Part shown: positions 1 to 8,839 of the stretch, piece after piece
Layout of the letters: the number at the start of each line of letters is the position of its first letter
Numbering within the stretch: position 1 is the stretch's first letter
Source: Gammaproteobacteria bacterium
Lineage (GTDB): Bacteria; Pseudomonadota; Gammaproteobacteria; Eutrophobiales; Eutrophobiaceae
Length of the DNA stretch: 64,000 bases
Direction: 5' to 3'
Assembly (NCBI GenBank): GCA_965222155.1
Contig: CBDCTH010000012.1
Span: 3,200,001-3,264,000, forward strand
Notes under the pieces: generated by a model
The model's input: the letters and a program-made list of their open reading frames with translations, nothing else
The model's database searches: none
What the model was told of the DNA's origin: nothing
Position numbers and translations under genes: made by a program

Positions 1-2
1 TA

Positions 3-602
3 ATCGGTTTGTCGGCATACCTTCCCCTGGTCGTGCTTTCATTGTCTTCCAGGGCAAGATATATCATCACCGGCGCCTTATGTGTTGCCGTAATGCTGGT
101 CAGCTGGATATATTTCAAGAGTCCTGACATCAATCGCCGGATCGTGTTGCTGACAGGCATGCTCGGCAGTGAATACCAAGCCGAACGGGCAACGTCCAAA
201 CGCACACCGATCTGGGACACGGCCTATAACATGCTGCAGGATAACTGGATAAACGGGGTAGGGCCGAGAGGTTTCCGCTACGTGTATAAAGCTTATGCGG
301 ACGAAGACAACTACTTTGTTCGTCAGGGGCAGGAGGGGCAAACCCACCCCCACCTGGTTTTTCTCGAGATTGCCGTTGAAACCGGGGTCATAGGGCTTAT
401 CGGCTTTATTCTGTTCTATTTCACCGTACTCCGTTACTGGTGGCGGGGAAGACACTCCACGATTAACGGCGCCTGGACCGCTACGCTCCTGGCCGCAACG
501 TTCCCGCTGAATGCGCACCTGGCGTTTTACGGTTCTTATTGGAGCGGTTACCTGTGGCTGCTGATAGCTTGTACGCTCACCGCAGTTCTGTCCCGGGAGT
601 GA
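3..602 (+). CDS. O-antigen ligase family protein (5' end outside window)
   Basis: Multi-TM ORF with the Wzy_C-type pattern R..IW...NGVG...HPHLVFLEIAVETGVIG; next to a glycosyltransferase. Confidence 0.85.
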   Translation: MGLSAYLPLVVLSLSSRARYIITGALCVAVMLVSWIYFKSPDINRRIVLLTGMLGSEYQAERATSKRTPIWDTAYNMLQDNWINGVGPRGFRYVYKAYADEDNYFVRQGQEGQTHPHLVFLEIAVETGVIGLIGFILFYFTVLRYWWRGRHSTINGAWTATLLAATFPLNAHLAFYGSYWSGYLWLLIACTLTAVLSRE

Positions 603-633
603 ATCACAGAGGCCGGTCCGCGCTTAATCTGCG

Positions 634-1656
634 TCATCCGAGGGTGCTTTCATAGAGGTCCTCAAACTTCGGGATCACCTTGTCTGCGGCGTAATGGTCG
701 TGAAACAGGGTCCATGCCGTTTGCGCGCGCCGTTGACGGCCGTTCGGATCGTTAATTGCCGCTCTCAGCGCAGCAGTCAACGCCTCCTCATCAGCGTCAC
801 AAAGCCAGGCGCTGTCGTCGTCCAAGATTTCCATCGGCCCGTGACATTTCGTCGCGACAATGGGCATACCGCAGGCCATAGCCTCCAATACCGCGATACC
901 GAAAGGCTCGTACCTGGAGGGCAGCACAAACAGGTCGCCTTGCAGCAGAAAACTGCGTATATCGTTCTGCCAGCCGACAAAATTAACCTTGTTTTCGAGG
1001 TTCAGTGACTCTGCCATGCGCATTAGCGGGCGCCGCTCGCGACCGTCACCTGCAATATACAGACGGATATCACTATCCGCCAGGCGGTTGAAACACCGTA
1101 ACAGCAGGTCAAATCCTTTTTTATGCACAAATCTGCCGTGTGTCACTATCTTTGTTACTTTGTCATTGCATCGGATTTCGGCTATCGGCGCAAAGCTGGA
1201 AAAGTTGGGGATCAATCGTAACCTGTGTGCGGGGATGCCCTGGTTGATCAAATAATCGCGTTGCGTTGCCGTTGTGGGGGTGAAAACGGTTGCGTGCCTG
1301 AAGTATTTCAGGTCGACGAAGTCATGGGTGTGGGCGACCAGGGGGATCTTGAGTCCGGATGCTGCCGGTCCTGCGAGGTGGGCGGCGCGCCCCAGGGACG
1401 TTTGTATGAGTTCCGAACCGTGGGCCCGGACCAGCCTGGTGATTTTCCGGGGAGCCAGGGGGTCCCACGGGCCCATGACCCGAATTGATTCACTGTGTAG
1501 GTTTGCTGCCTTTTCCAGACGCAGTGCGGCTTTCGAACCGGCATGAGATATGGCGAGTATGTTGTGACCGTGCCGGGCCAGCTCATTGGTCAAATCCACA
1601 TAAAACCTTTCCGCTCCGCCGAACTTCCCGGCAAGCATGATTATGCAAATCTTCAT
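634..1656 (-). CDS. Glycosyltransferase family 4 (GT-B)
   Basis: GGAE N-terminal motif, GRFVHKKG, EPFGIAVLEAMACG. Confidence 0.93.
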   Translation of the reverse strand: MKICIIMLAGKFGGAERFYVDLTNELARHGHNILAISHAGSKAALRLEKAANLHSESIRVMGPWDPLAPRKITRLVRAHGSELIQTSLGRAAHLAGPAASGLKIPLVAHTHDFVDLKYFRHATVFTPTTATQRDYLINQGIPAHRLRLIPNFSSFAPIAEIRCNDKVTKIVTHGRFVHKKGFDLLLRCFNRLADSDIRLYIAGDGRERRPLMRMAESLNLENKVNFVGWQNDIRSFLLQGDLFVLPSRYEPFGIAVLEAMACGMPIVATKCHGPMEILDDDSAWLCDADEEALTAALRAAINDPNGRQRRAQTAWTLFHDHYAADKVIPKFEDLYESTLG

Positions 1657-1867
1657 CCAGACCCGGAAGCCACTGGTTGCCCGGAATGCACCGTTTTCTC
1701 CATCAGTTTATTGTTGAACATCAGTAGCTCCCCCTAATAATATAGGCTAACCGGGACCGGGGCAATTTGCCCTCACCGAGGGAGAGGCGCCCGCGTCCCG
1801 GGGAATAAATGACGACCTGTTCACTATTGGTATATTATAAGCGCCAGTGCAATAGTGAGAAACAGCA

Positions 1868-2776
1868 ATGTCAGACTTTATTGAAATCGTTGACGTCAGT
1901 CCCCGGGACGGGCTGCAAAGCCAACCGGTGCTGTTGAGTGTAGAACACAAACTGGAATTGATAAACCGCCTGATCGACGCGGGCATACGGCGTATGGAGA
2001 CGGTCAGTTTTGTCAATCCCAAACGGGTTCCGCAGATGGCGGATGCGGAACAGGTCGTGCGCGGGCTGCCGCAGAGGGATGATGTGACGTTTATCGGACT
2101 GGTGCTGAACCTGCGCGGTTTTGAACGGGCCGTGGCCTGCAATATCGATGAAATAAACTGTGCGGTGGTGGCCTCGGATACATTCAACCTGCGTAACCAG
2201 GGAGCCACCACAGAACAGACCATGGCGGTGATCGAGGAGATTACCCGAGAGGTCCGGGCTGCCGGCATTAATATGGGCGTGACCGTCAGCGCCGCGTTCG
2301 GTTGCCCGTTTGAGGGAGAAATGTCGCAGGAAAAGGTAGTGCGCCTGGTGCAACGTCTGGCTGCGATGGGCTATACTGACATTTCCCTGGCGGATACCAT
2401 TGGCGCCGCCGGTCCCTCCGACGTTGCCGCCCTGGTGAAGCGCATCAGGACCCTCGAGCCCGATCTGAGCCTGAGTTGTCATTTCCATAACACCCGGAAT
2501 ACGGCCGTGGCAAACACCTACGCGGCAATCCAGGAAGGTGTCACGACTTTTGACGCAAGCTGCGGCGGCGTCGGCGGCTGCCCATTCGCCCCGGCGGCGA
2601 CCGGTAACGTGGCGACGGAAGACCTGTTATACATGATCCATCGCATGGGTCTGAAGACGGGTGTCGATATCGATAAAATCATCGAAACGGCAAAATGGCT
2701 GGAAGGCCCGCTGGGAACGGCCATGCCGGCCATGGTTACCCGCGCCGGTGTGTTTCCCAGCGCAAAGGCGGCGTAG
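1868..2776 (+). CDS. Hydroxymethylglutaryl-CoA lyase family (DRE-TIM acyl-CoA lyase)
   Basis: PRDGLQ, LADTIG, HFHNTR, GGCPFAPAATGNVATEDL motifs. Confidence 0.92.
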   Translation: MSDFIEIVDVSPRDGLQSQPVLLSVEHKLELINRLIDAGIRRMETVSFVNPKRVPQMADAEQVVRGLPQRDDVTFIGLVLNLRGFERAVACNIDEINCAVVASDTFNLRNQGATTEQTMAVIEEITREVRAAGINMGVTVSAAFGCPFEGEMSQEKVVRLVQRLAAMGYTDISLADTIGAAGPSDVAALVKRIRTLEPDLSLSCHFHNTRNTAVANTYAAIQEGVTTFDASCGGVGGCPFAPAATGNVATEDLLYMIHRMGLKTGVDIDKIIETAKWLEGPLGTAMPAMVTRAGVFPSAKAA

Positions 2777-2856
2777 GCAGGTGCATTAGTAGCGATTCAG
2801 TTTATAAATATAATAAATATATAGCGATCTCAACAAAAAAATGTTACAATTACTAT

Positions 2857-4047
2857 ATGATTCATTCATTTTCGGTAACGAACTACCATTCAATACGTGA
2901 AGAGGCAGTTCTCGACCTGCGGGTTCCAAAGACCACCCCTGATCTGCCGCGCTTTCGACAGAGCGAGGCCAGACCGGATACCAGACTCCCTTCAGTCGTC
3001 GTACTAATGGGCCCGAATGGATCGGGTAAGACAACATTACTCCGCGCACTAACTACTGTAATCCGCTTCGCTTGCATACCATGGCGGACTCAAGAAATAC
3101 CTATCAAAGCTATTGTTCCCTTTTTTTCAAAAGGAACTCGGAATGAACCTACACGCTTTTGTGTAGAATTTGAAGCTGACTGGCTGGCTACAGGTGAGTC
3201 ATCGAGTTTATTTTGCTATGAACTTTCCCTGGATGCGGAACAGATAATGTACGAAGCTTTATTCCACTTTCCTAGAGGTCGCTCGCGCCGCCTTTTCGAA
3301 CGTGGCAAGCCTGAGGAAGCTATCTATGTTTCTCACGAATTCGGAATTAAACCCAAAGATGATCGCCTGAAAGCGGTTCGGAAAGATGCCTCGGTAATTG
3401 GTACGCTTGCAATGCTCAATGTACCACTGGCCATGAGAATAACGCAACAGTTGAGCTACTCTCTTTTGTCTACCAACATCATATACCACAAAAATTTGAT
3501 TCCAACGACTGAGACCGTGGTTGCTCTTCTTAGGCAGTATCCTGATGTTGGACACCAGATCATAAAAGAGATTCAGTGTAATGACCTGGCGATAGAAAAT
3601 GTGCGCTTTGCAGGCAACGGCAAGGGAGAGGAGGAGGTTCTGTTCGATCATCATAACCTTGATACACCGGTTCCTTTAATCGGTGAATCCGGTGGAACCA
3701 AACGCATGTTTTACCTGCTACCTCAAATATACACCGCATTGAATACCGGTGTTGCCGCTGTCATTGATGAAATCGATGGTAATCTGCATGTGGATATAGC
3801 CAGTGAGTTTCTCCGCCGATTTCAGTCCAGGGAGACAAACCCGCACGCCGCACAGCTTTTTGTTACATCCCACAATGTCGGGTTACTCGACGATCTGGAG
3901 AAAGAAGAACTTTTCATCGTAGAAAAAGGCGAAGATGGTGGGACCCGAGTCCATGGTGCGCAAGACGTGATGGGCCTGCGTCGAGATACCAGACTCTATC
4001 CCAAATATCGCGCCGGGGTGCTCGGCGGTTTACCAAAGCTTGGTTGA
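2857..4047 (+). CDS. AAA_21/ABC-type ATPase (RloA/AbiLi-like)
   Basis: MIHSFSVTNYHSI start, Walker A GPNGSGKT, ESGGT signature, IDEID Walker B, TSHN, C-terminal Y..G.LGG.P; ATG 2857 preferred over the 2695 extension. Confidence 0.85.
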   Translation: MIHSFSVTNYHSIREEAVLDLRVPKTTPDLPRFRQSEARPDTRLPSVVVLMGPNGSGKTTLLRALTTVIRFACIPWRTQEIPIKAIVPFFSKGTRNEPTRFCVEFEADWLATGESSSLFCYELSLDAEQIMYEALFHFPRGRSRRLFERGKPEEAIYVSHEFGIKPKDDRLKAVRKDASVIGTLAMLNVPLAMRITQQLSYSLLSTNIIYHKNLIPTTETVVALLRQYPDVGHQIIKEIQCNDLAIENVRFAGNGKGEEEVLFDHHNLDTPVPLIGESGGTKRMFYLLPQIYTALNTGVAAVIDEIDGNLHVDIASEFLRRFQSRETNPHAAQLFVTSHNVGLLDDLEKEELFIVEKGEDGGTRVHGAQDVMGLRRDTRLYPKYRAGVLGGLPKLG

Positions 4048-4053
4048 ACAAAA

Positions 4054-4599
4054 ATGCGCCGTCGCCGTTCGGTCAATCCCAGACGCGCTATATTTATCGG
4101 TGTAGAAGGAATAAGCGATCGCGCATTGGTGAGATTTCTCGGAAAATGTTGTGAACGGAAAGGACTACATCTCCATCTCGACGTCAAACCGGCAAACGGT
4201 GGTGATTCTGTTGCTGTTGTCCAAGCCGCTGCCCGACATGCACCAAAGCGTTCGGAGTACAGCAAAAAACTGGTATTACTTGATAAGGACCGCATCGAAC
4301 AGGATAAGAAGACCGGACGCGATGCCTTAGTTGTCGCGTCTTCATACAGGTTGGAAATAATCCTGCTAAACCCGAACCTGGAAGGACTCCTATTCAGGTT
4401 GTATTCAGGAAACGAGCGACGACAAATCCGGGCTCAGGATGCGATGAAGGAGTTAAAGAGAGTCTGGCCAGAATACGATAAACCGCCTACGGCAGATCAG
4501 TTAGATCAACGCTTTAAGGCAACTGATTTGCTCCGAGCTGCCCGGTACGATGAACACCTGCAAAGGTTGCTTAAAATCCTTAGACTCTACATCAAGTGA
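4054..4599 (+). CDS. RloB-like (AbiLii/TOPRIM-like) protein
   Basis: IFIGVEG..., LLDKD, NPNLEG motifs; directly downstream of the AAA_21 ATPase. Confidence 0.75.
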   Translation: MRRRRSVNPRRAIFIGVEGISDRALVRFLGKCCERKGLHLHLDVKPANGGDSVAVVQAAARHAPKRSEYSKKLVLLDKDRIEQDKKTGRDALVVASSYRLEIILLNPNLEGLLFRLYSGNERRQIRAQDAMKELKRVWPEYDKPPTADQLDQRFKATDLLRAARYDEHLQRLLKILRLYIK

Positions 4600-4667
4600 A
4601 TAATAGCACCAGATGGACACATCAAGAAGGAAGGACAAACTTTTGCCGAGAAAGAACATTATCTTTA

Positions 4668-4767
4668 GGGAACCTCTATTTATTCACAAATTGATATATT
4701 AGCGGTCAATGATTTCAATAAGTTTGCAACCCTGTGTATCGAAAAATGTCAATTATTAGAGGTTCCC
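4668..4767. mobile_element. 100-bp MITE derived from the IS5 element at 13382-14649
   Basis: Ends GGGAACCTCTATTTATTCA and TCAATTATTAGAGGTTCCC match the two IS5 ends (19/19 and 1 mismatch); TTA on both flanks. Confidence 0.85.
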
Positions 4768-4945
4768 TTATATGTTGTTTCTCGGAAATCTTGACCAGGC
4801 AGAAAATGCAAAAACTTTGCTTAAGGTCTTAGATGCTGGGGTCGGCGGATTTGGTGTCGGATACCTTTTTCTTAGGTTGATTAGCCGCTTGACTAGCAAG
4901 TTATAAGCCTCCGTGCTTTCACATCATCTGCTTCTGCAGGTCGAT
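4768..4945 (+). repeat. 178-bp copy of 18882-19059 (3' end of membrane-protein gene plus last 27 bp of the aminotransferase gene)
   Basis: Direct alignment by eye, 5 substitutions. Confidence 0.95.
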
Positions 4946-5197
4946 GCAATCCAGGAAGGCGTCACGACTTTTGACGCAAGCTGCGGCGGCGTCGGCGGTT
5001 GCCCGTTCGCCCCGGCGGCGACCGGTAACGTGGCGACGGAAGACCTGTTGTACATGATCCATCGCATGGGTCTGAAGACGGGTGTCGATATCGATAAAAT
5101 CATCGAAACGGCAAAATGGCTGGAAGGCCCCCTGGGAACGGCCATGCCGGCCATGGTTACCCGCGCCGGTGTGTTTACCAGCGCAGAAGCGGCGTAG
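4946..5197 (+). pseudogene. Duplicated 3' fragment of the HMG-CoA lyase gene (copy of 2525-2776)
   Basis: 252 bp with 8 substitutions, 5 of them synonymous; no 5' part. Confidence 0.95.
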
Positions 5198-5284
5198 ACA
5201 GGTGTAACCAGCATAAGTGTTTGGCTATTCGTCTTGGTATGATATATAGTAATACCCGGACTTTTTCATGCATGGAGAGACTTG

Positions 5285-5527
5285 ATGGCACAAGCAAAAA
5301 TAGCAATTTCACTTGATGAGCAGATGCTTCAACAACTCGATGGGTTGGTAGCGGAGGCCATATTTCCAAGTCGCAGTCAGGCTATACAGTTGGCGGTACA
5401 GGAGAAACTGGCACGGATGGAGCGTGGACGCCTGGCCCGTGAGTGTGCGAAGCTTGACCCGGTTTTCGAAAAAGCAATGGCTGAAGAGGGGTTTGCAGAG
5501 GACGCAACCGCATGGCCCGCATATTGA
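5285..5527 (+). CDS. Ribbon-helix-helix antitoxin (CopG/MazE partner)
   Basis: KIAISLD...SRSQAIQLAV RHH pattern; GGAG RBS; overlaps the toxin gene. Confidence 0.85.
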   Translation: MAQAKIAISLDEQMLQQLDGLVAEAIFPSRSQAIQLAVQEKLARMERGRLARECAKLDPVFEKAMAEEGFAEDATAWPAY

Positions 5528-5850
5528 GAGGTGACATTCGCTGGGCAGACTTGAACCCGGTACGGGGGCATGAGCAGGCCGGGCAACGGCCGGTGTTAAT
5601 CCTCAGTCATGATGTCTTTAACGAGCGTTCAAACACTGTCATTGCTATGGCGCTGACCAGTCAACCGCAACGCGCGGGTTTCCCATTGACCCTCAAGCTC
5701 GAAGCAGACGGATTGCCGCAACAGTCATGGGTTAAAATCAGTCAAATTCGCACGCTTGCCGTTGAAAGAATCGGGAAACGCATGGCGATGGTCACGCCCG
5801 AAGATCTGGTGCGTATCGTTGAGGGTCTCAACGAGATTATCAGTCCCTGA
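5512..5850 (+). CDS. mazF: PemK/MazF family endoribonuclease toxin
   Basis: RGDIRWADLNPVRGHEQAGQRPVLILS, SQIRTL. Confidence 0.93.
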   Translation: MARILRGDIRWADLNPVRGHEQAGQRPVLILSHDVFNERSNTVIAMALTSQPQRAGFPLTLKLEADGLPQQSWVKISQIRTLAVERIGKRMAMVTPEDLVRIVEGLNEIISP

Positions 5851-6163
5851 AGTTGGTATGGAGGTGCTTGGTGTTTTTGGTGGAGCCTCTGTGAATACCT
5901 TTCTGAGCAAGTTTCGCAGCTTGTCCAGTGTCGTCGCCGGCAATCCGCACGGCCCTCAGACCAGGAGTACGCTGAATGTCGTTGATAGCTGACTGCACCG
6001 CCTCGATAAAACTCGCCGCCTCACGTTCGAAGACGATAAATTGAACGCCATCTGACCGACCAACGGTTCCATCATCGCAGCCATTATTGAAGAGAGCATC
6101 GATCATGGCCTCATCCTGCATGTCAGGGCCCTCTACGATCAGCGTAAAGTGGTGACTCTGCAT
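5840..6163 (-). CDS. HicB-like putative antitoxin
   Basis: FTLIV...DALFNNGCDDG...FEREAAS...AVQSAI.D pattern; GGAGG RBS; downstream of a HicA-like gene. Confidence 0.6.
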   Translation of the reverse strand: MQSHHFTLIVEGPDMQDEAMIDALFNNGCDDGTVGRSDGVQFIVFEREAASFIEAVQSAINDIQRTPGLRAVRIAGDDTGQAAKLAQKGIHRGSTKNTKHLHTNFRD

Positions 6164-6175
6164 CTCATATCCTCC

Positions 6176-6403
6176 TTACGGTATACTCTTGTGTGGGCAT
6201 TTACGCACCATGCGCAGCAGATGCCTGGCATGATTTTGAGGATTTCGGAGAGTAGACCAGACAGAGTACTGACAGCCTGAACGACTGGATTCCGCACATC
6301 GGATCACACCCCAACGATGACCATACTTTGTGGTCGTAATTGCTCATCCCGCTGCTTCTGCAATAACCAGCGCTTCCTCAATTTCCCTTTTCGGATGCTT
6401 CAT
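6176..6403 (-). pseudogene. HicA-like toxin with in-frame TGA at codon 20
   Basis: MKHPKREIEEALVIAEAAG*AITTTKYGHRWGVIRC...CQYSVWSTLRNPQNHA; TGA (6344-6346) at the usual GW position. Confidence 0.7.
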
Positions 6404-6488
6404 CCATGACATACTGATATGATACAGCGTTTCCGGTTTATCAGCAAGATCGGGCCATTTCAGATCGGGCCATTTCATAGTTACTGCT

Positions 6489-6543
6489 TGCGTATTCCGG
6501 CGAAAGTGAACACCGAATCCGGCTCTTTATGAACACTTTTCGG
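6489..6543 (+). mobile_element. Solo IS21-family terminus
   Basis: TGCGTATTCCGGCGAAAGTGAACACCGAATCCGG plus a second TGAACAC..TCGG repeat, typical of IS21-family ends; no istAB. Confidence 0.6.
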
Positions 6544-6627
6544 TCTTGACTTGACTGCCTGCTGATAAACGTAAGCAGAAAATGCGGTGCTGGAAAAATT
6601 GAGTGCGCTATCAGGAGAGATACAAGC

Positions 6628-8094
6628 ATGAATGCCATCCGGTCAAATGATTACCTAATCGGGCTGGTGCGGGAGTTATGTAAACTTCCTTACGAAACCG
6701 AATGGGTAGAGTTTAAGCAAAATGATGCTGAACCGAAGACAATCGGAGAGAATATTTCGGCGTTGGCCAACTCGGCAGCCTTGGTGGGTAAAGCATCTTC
6801 TTATGTAGTTTGGGGTGTCCGCAATGAGGATCATGCTGTGGTTGGTACCGCGTTCGACCCATCACAAAAGCGGGTTGGCAACGAAGAACTTGAAAACTGG
6901 CTACTACGCCTCCTGGAACCGAAAATAGAATTTCAATTCTTTTCGGTGAAAATAGACGAGCAACCAGTTGTTCTACTTGAAATATCAAGATCGGCGCATC
7001 AACCCGTGCGTTTCGAAGGGACGGAGTTCCTGCGGGTGGGTAGCTACACGAAAAAACTGGGACAGTTTCCAGAGAAAGAACGGGAGCTATGGCGCATCTT
7101 TGACCAGATACCTTTTGAAGATGTCATAGCGACTGAGCACAGAGATGATGCCGAAGTTTTGAAACTGCTCGACTATCCCGCCTACTTCGACTTACTGAAT
7201 ATGCCCTTACCGGAAAATCGTAATGGTATCCTGTCTGTATTGGCTGCTGACAATCTGATCAGGCCATGCGAAGCAGGCGGATGGAATATCACTAATTTGG
7301 GTGCAATATTGGTTGCCAGGAATCTTGATGACTTTCCTCGGCTCAGGCGTAAGGCCGTGCGGGTAATTCAATACCGCGGTGAGGGGCGTATCAATGCATC
7401 AAAAGAACAAGAAGGTATTAAAGGGTACGCAAGTGGCTTTGATGGTTTGATCAACTATATCACTGGGTTGTTGCCGGCTAACGAAGTTATCGGTCCGGCA
7501 TTGCGCCGAACGGTACCTATGTTCCCTGAATTGGCTGTACGAGAGTTGGTAGCAAACGCGCTCATTCACCAGGATTTCTTTGTTACGGGGTCTGGGCCAA
7601 TGGTGGAGATATTTGACAACCGTATTGAAATTACAAATTCTGGTGAACCTCTGGTGGATACGCAACGCTTTTTAGATACACCACCAAAATCCCGCAACGA
7701 AACGCTGGCCTCGCTCATGCGCCGTTTCGGTGTCTGTGAGGAACGGGGAAGCGGTATTGACAAGGTTGTTTTTGAAGTGGAAATAGCTCAGTTACCAGCC
7801 CCACTATTTGAAGTACCTGATGGTTTTACCCGCTCGGTTCTTTTTGCGTACAAGCCGTTCACTCGTATGGACAAGAAAGACCGCCAGCGTGCTTGCTATC
7901 TGCATGCGTGCCTGAAATATATAATAGGAGATTTTCTGACCAACGCATCACTACGAAAACGGTTTGGCATTGAGGCCAGGAATAAGGCCAGCGTATCGCG
8001 TTATATTCGGGAGGCCATGGAAGCCGGTCTCATAAAGCCGCATGATGAGGGCGCATCTCGGAAATGGATGAAATATGTACCTTTCTGGGTCTGA
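6628..8094 (+). CDS. Schlafen/AlbA_2 + RecG-like HATPase_c_4 + wHTH ATP-binding protein
   Basis: ETEWVEFK, ISALAN, RELVANALIHQD, SRNE.LA, EERGSG, C-terminal YVPFW. Confidence 0.88.
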   Translation: MNAIRSNDYLIGLVRELCKLPYETEWVEFKQNDAEPKTIGENISALANSAALVGKASSYVVWGVRNEDHAVVGTAFDPSQKRVGNEELENWLLRLLEPKIEFQFFSVKIDEQPVVLLEISRSAHQPVRFEGTEFLRVGSYTKKLGQFPEKERELWRIFDQIPFEDVIATEHRDDAEVLKLLDYPAYFDLLNMPLPENRNGILSVLAADNLIRPCEAGGWNITNLGAILVARNLDDFPRLRRKAVRVIQYRGEGRINASKEQEGIKGYASGFDGLINYITGLLPANEVIGPALRRTVPMFPELAVRELVANALIHQDFFVTGSGPMVEIFDNRIEITNSGEPLVDTQRFLDTPPKSRNETLASLMRRFGVCEERGSGIDKVVFEVEIAQLPAPLFEVPDGFTRSVLFAYKPFTRMDKKDRQRACYLHACLKYIIGDFLTNASLRKRFGIEARNKASVSRYIREAMEAGLIKPHDEGASRKWMKYVPFWV

Positions 8095-8581
8095 TTTTTA
8101 ATTGATGGGTAATTGAAGGAAACCGCCATAAGCTTCTTAACTGATTGATTATAATATCGAATCTTAATTGATGGGTAATTGATGGAAATAGCTATATGTA
8201 ACTTCGTGTGTCTGTCAATAAATGCAAGAAGAGAGCCGATAAGATGGATACTTGAGGATACAAGGGGGAAAAGCCTGGAACCCTAGATGATGTGTGGACA
8301 CAAACCAACACTTGGAATAATGGAAAAATATAGTTTTTTCTCTACGAGTCCAGCTTGTAACCGGTGTGCTTTTCCAGAACGTCCGGCTAGAAATTTAAGC
8401 TGGATGAGGCTACTCCCAATAGATGGATGAGGAGTATACCCTTTCAGGTCTGATTTTTAATTGACAGCTAATTGAAGGAAACCGTCATAAGTTTCTTAAC
8501 TGTTTGATTATAATGCCGAATTTTAATTGATGGTTAATTGATAGATACGGTCGTATGCTGCCTTATATGTGCCCGATAATG
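8043..8581 (+). repeat. Degenerate direct repeat (~8043-8224 vs ~8403-8581) carrying four TTAATTGA-N4-TAATTGA motifs
   Basis: Motifs at 8098, 8164, 8457, 8523 (66-bp spacing in each unit); the repeat includes the last codons of the upstream gene. Confidence 0.85.
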
Positions 8582-8839
8582 AACGTAAATAGAAAGTTGT
8601 CCCACGGGGGACGATGCCGCTGGACGTTACTCGACCTGGCACCCGGCTGGTCTTCGCAAATTGGTTAAAGAATCTTCCGATTTTTTGCGGTCAAAGAATA
8701 TGTTTGTCTTGATTATTTATAATTACGCACGTGAAAGACAAGCCAAACCAAACAGTGAATTACATATGATATAAGACCTTATGAATTCAATGAAACAAGC
8801 ATCGTCTCTCTGGAAATCTAGGTTCGATTTATATCCTAA

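Noticed and set aside
2695-2856. N-terminal extension of the AAA ATPase
   Set aside because: Overlaps the lyase gene and an AT-rich promoter; the family N-terminus begins at ATG 2857
4913-5197. 94-aa ORF as a new chimeric gene
   Set aside because: Antisense aminotransferase stub fused to the lyase stub; no RBS and most of the catalytic barrel is missing
8098-8541. CRISPR array
   Set aside because: Only four short boxes, the intervening sequences are homologous to each other, and no cas genes are present
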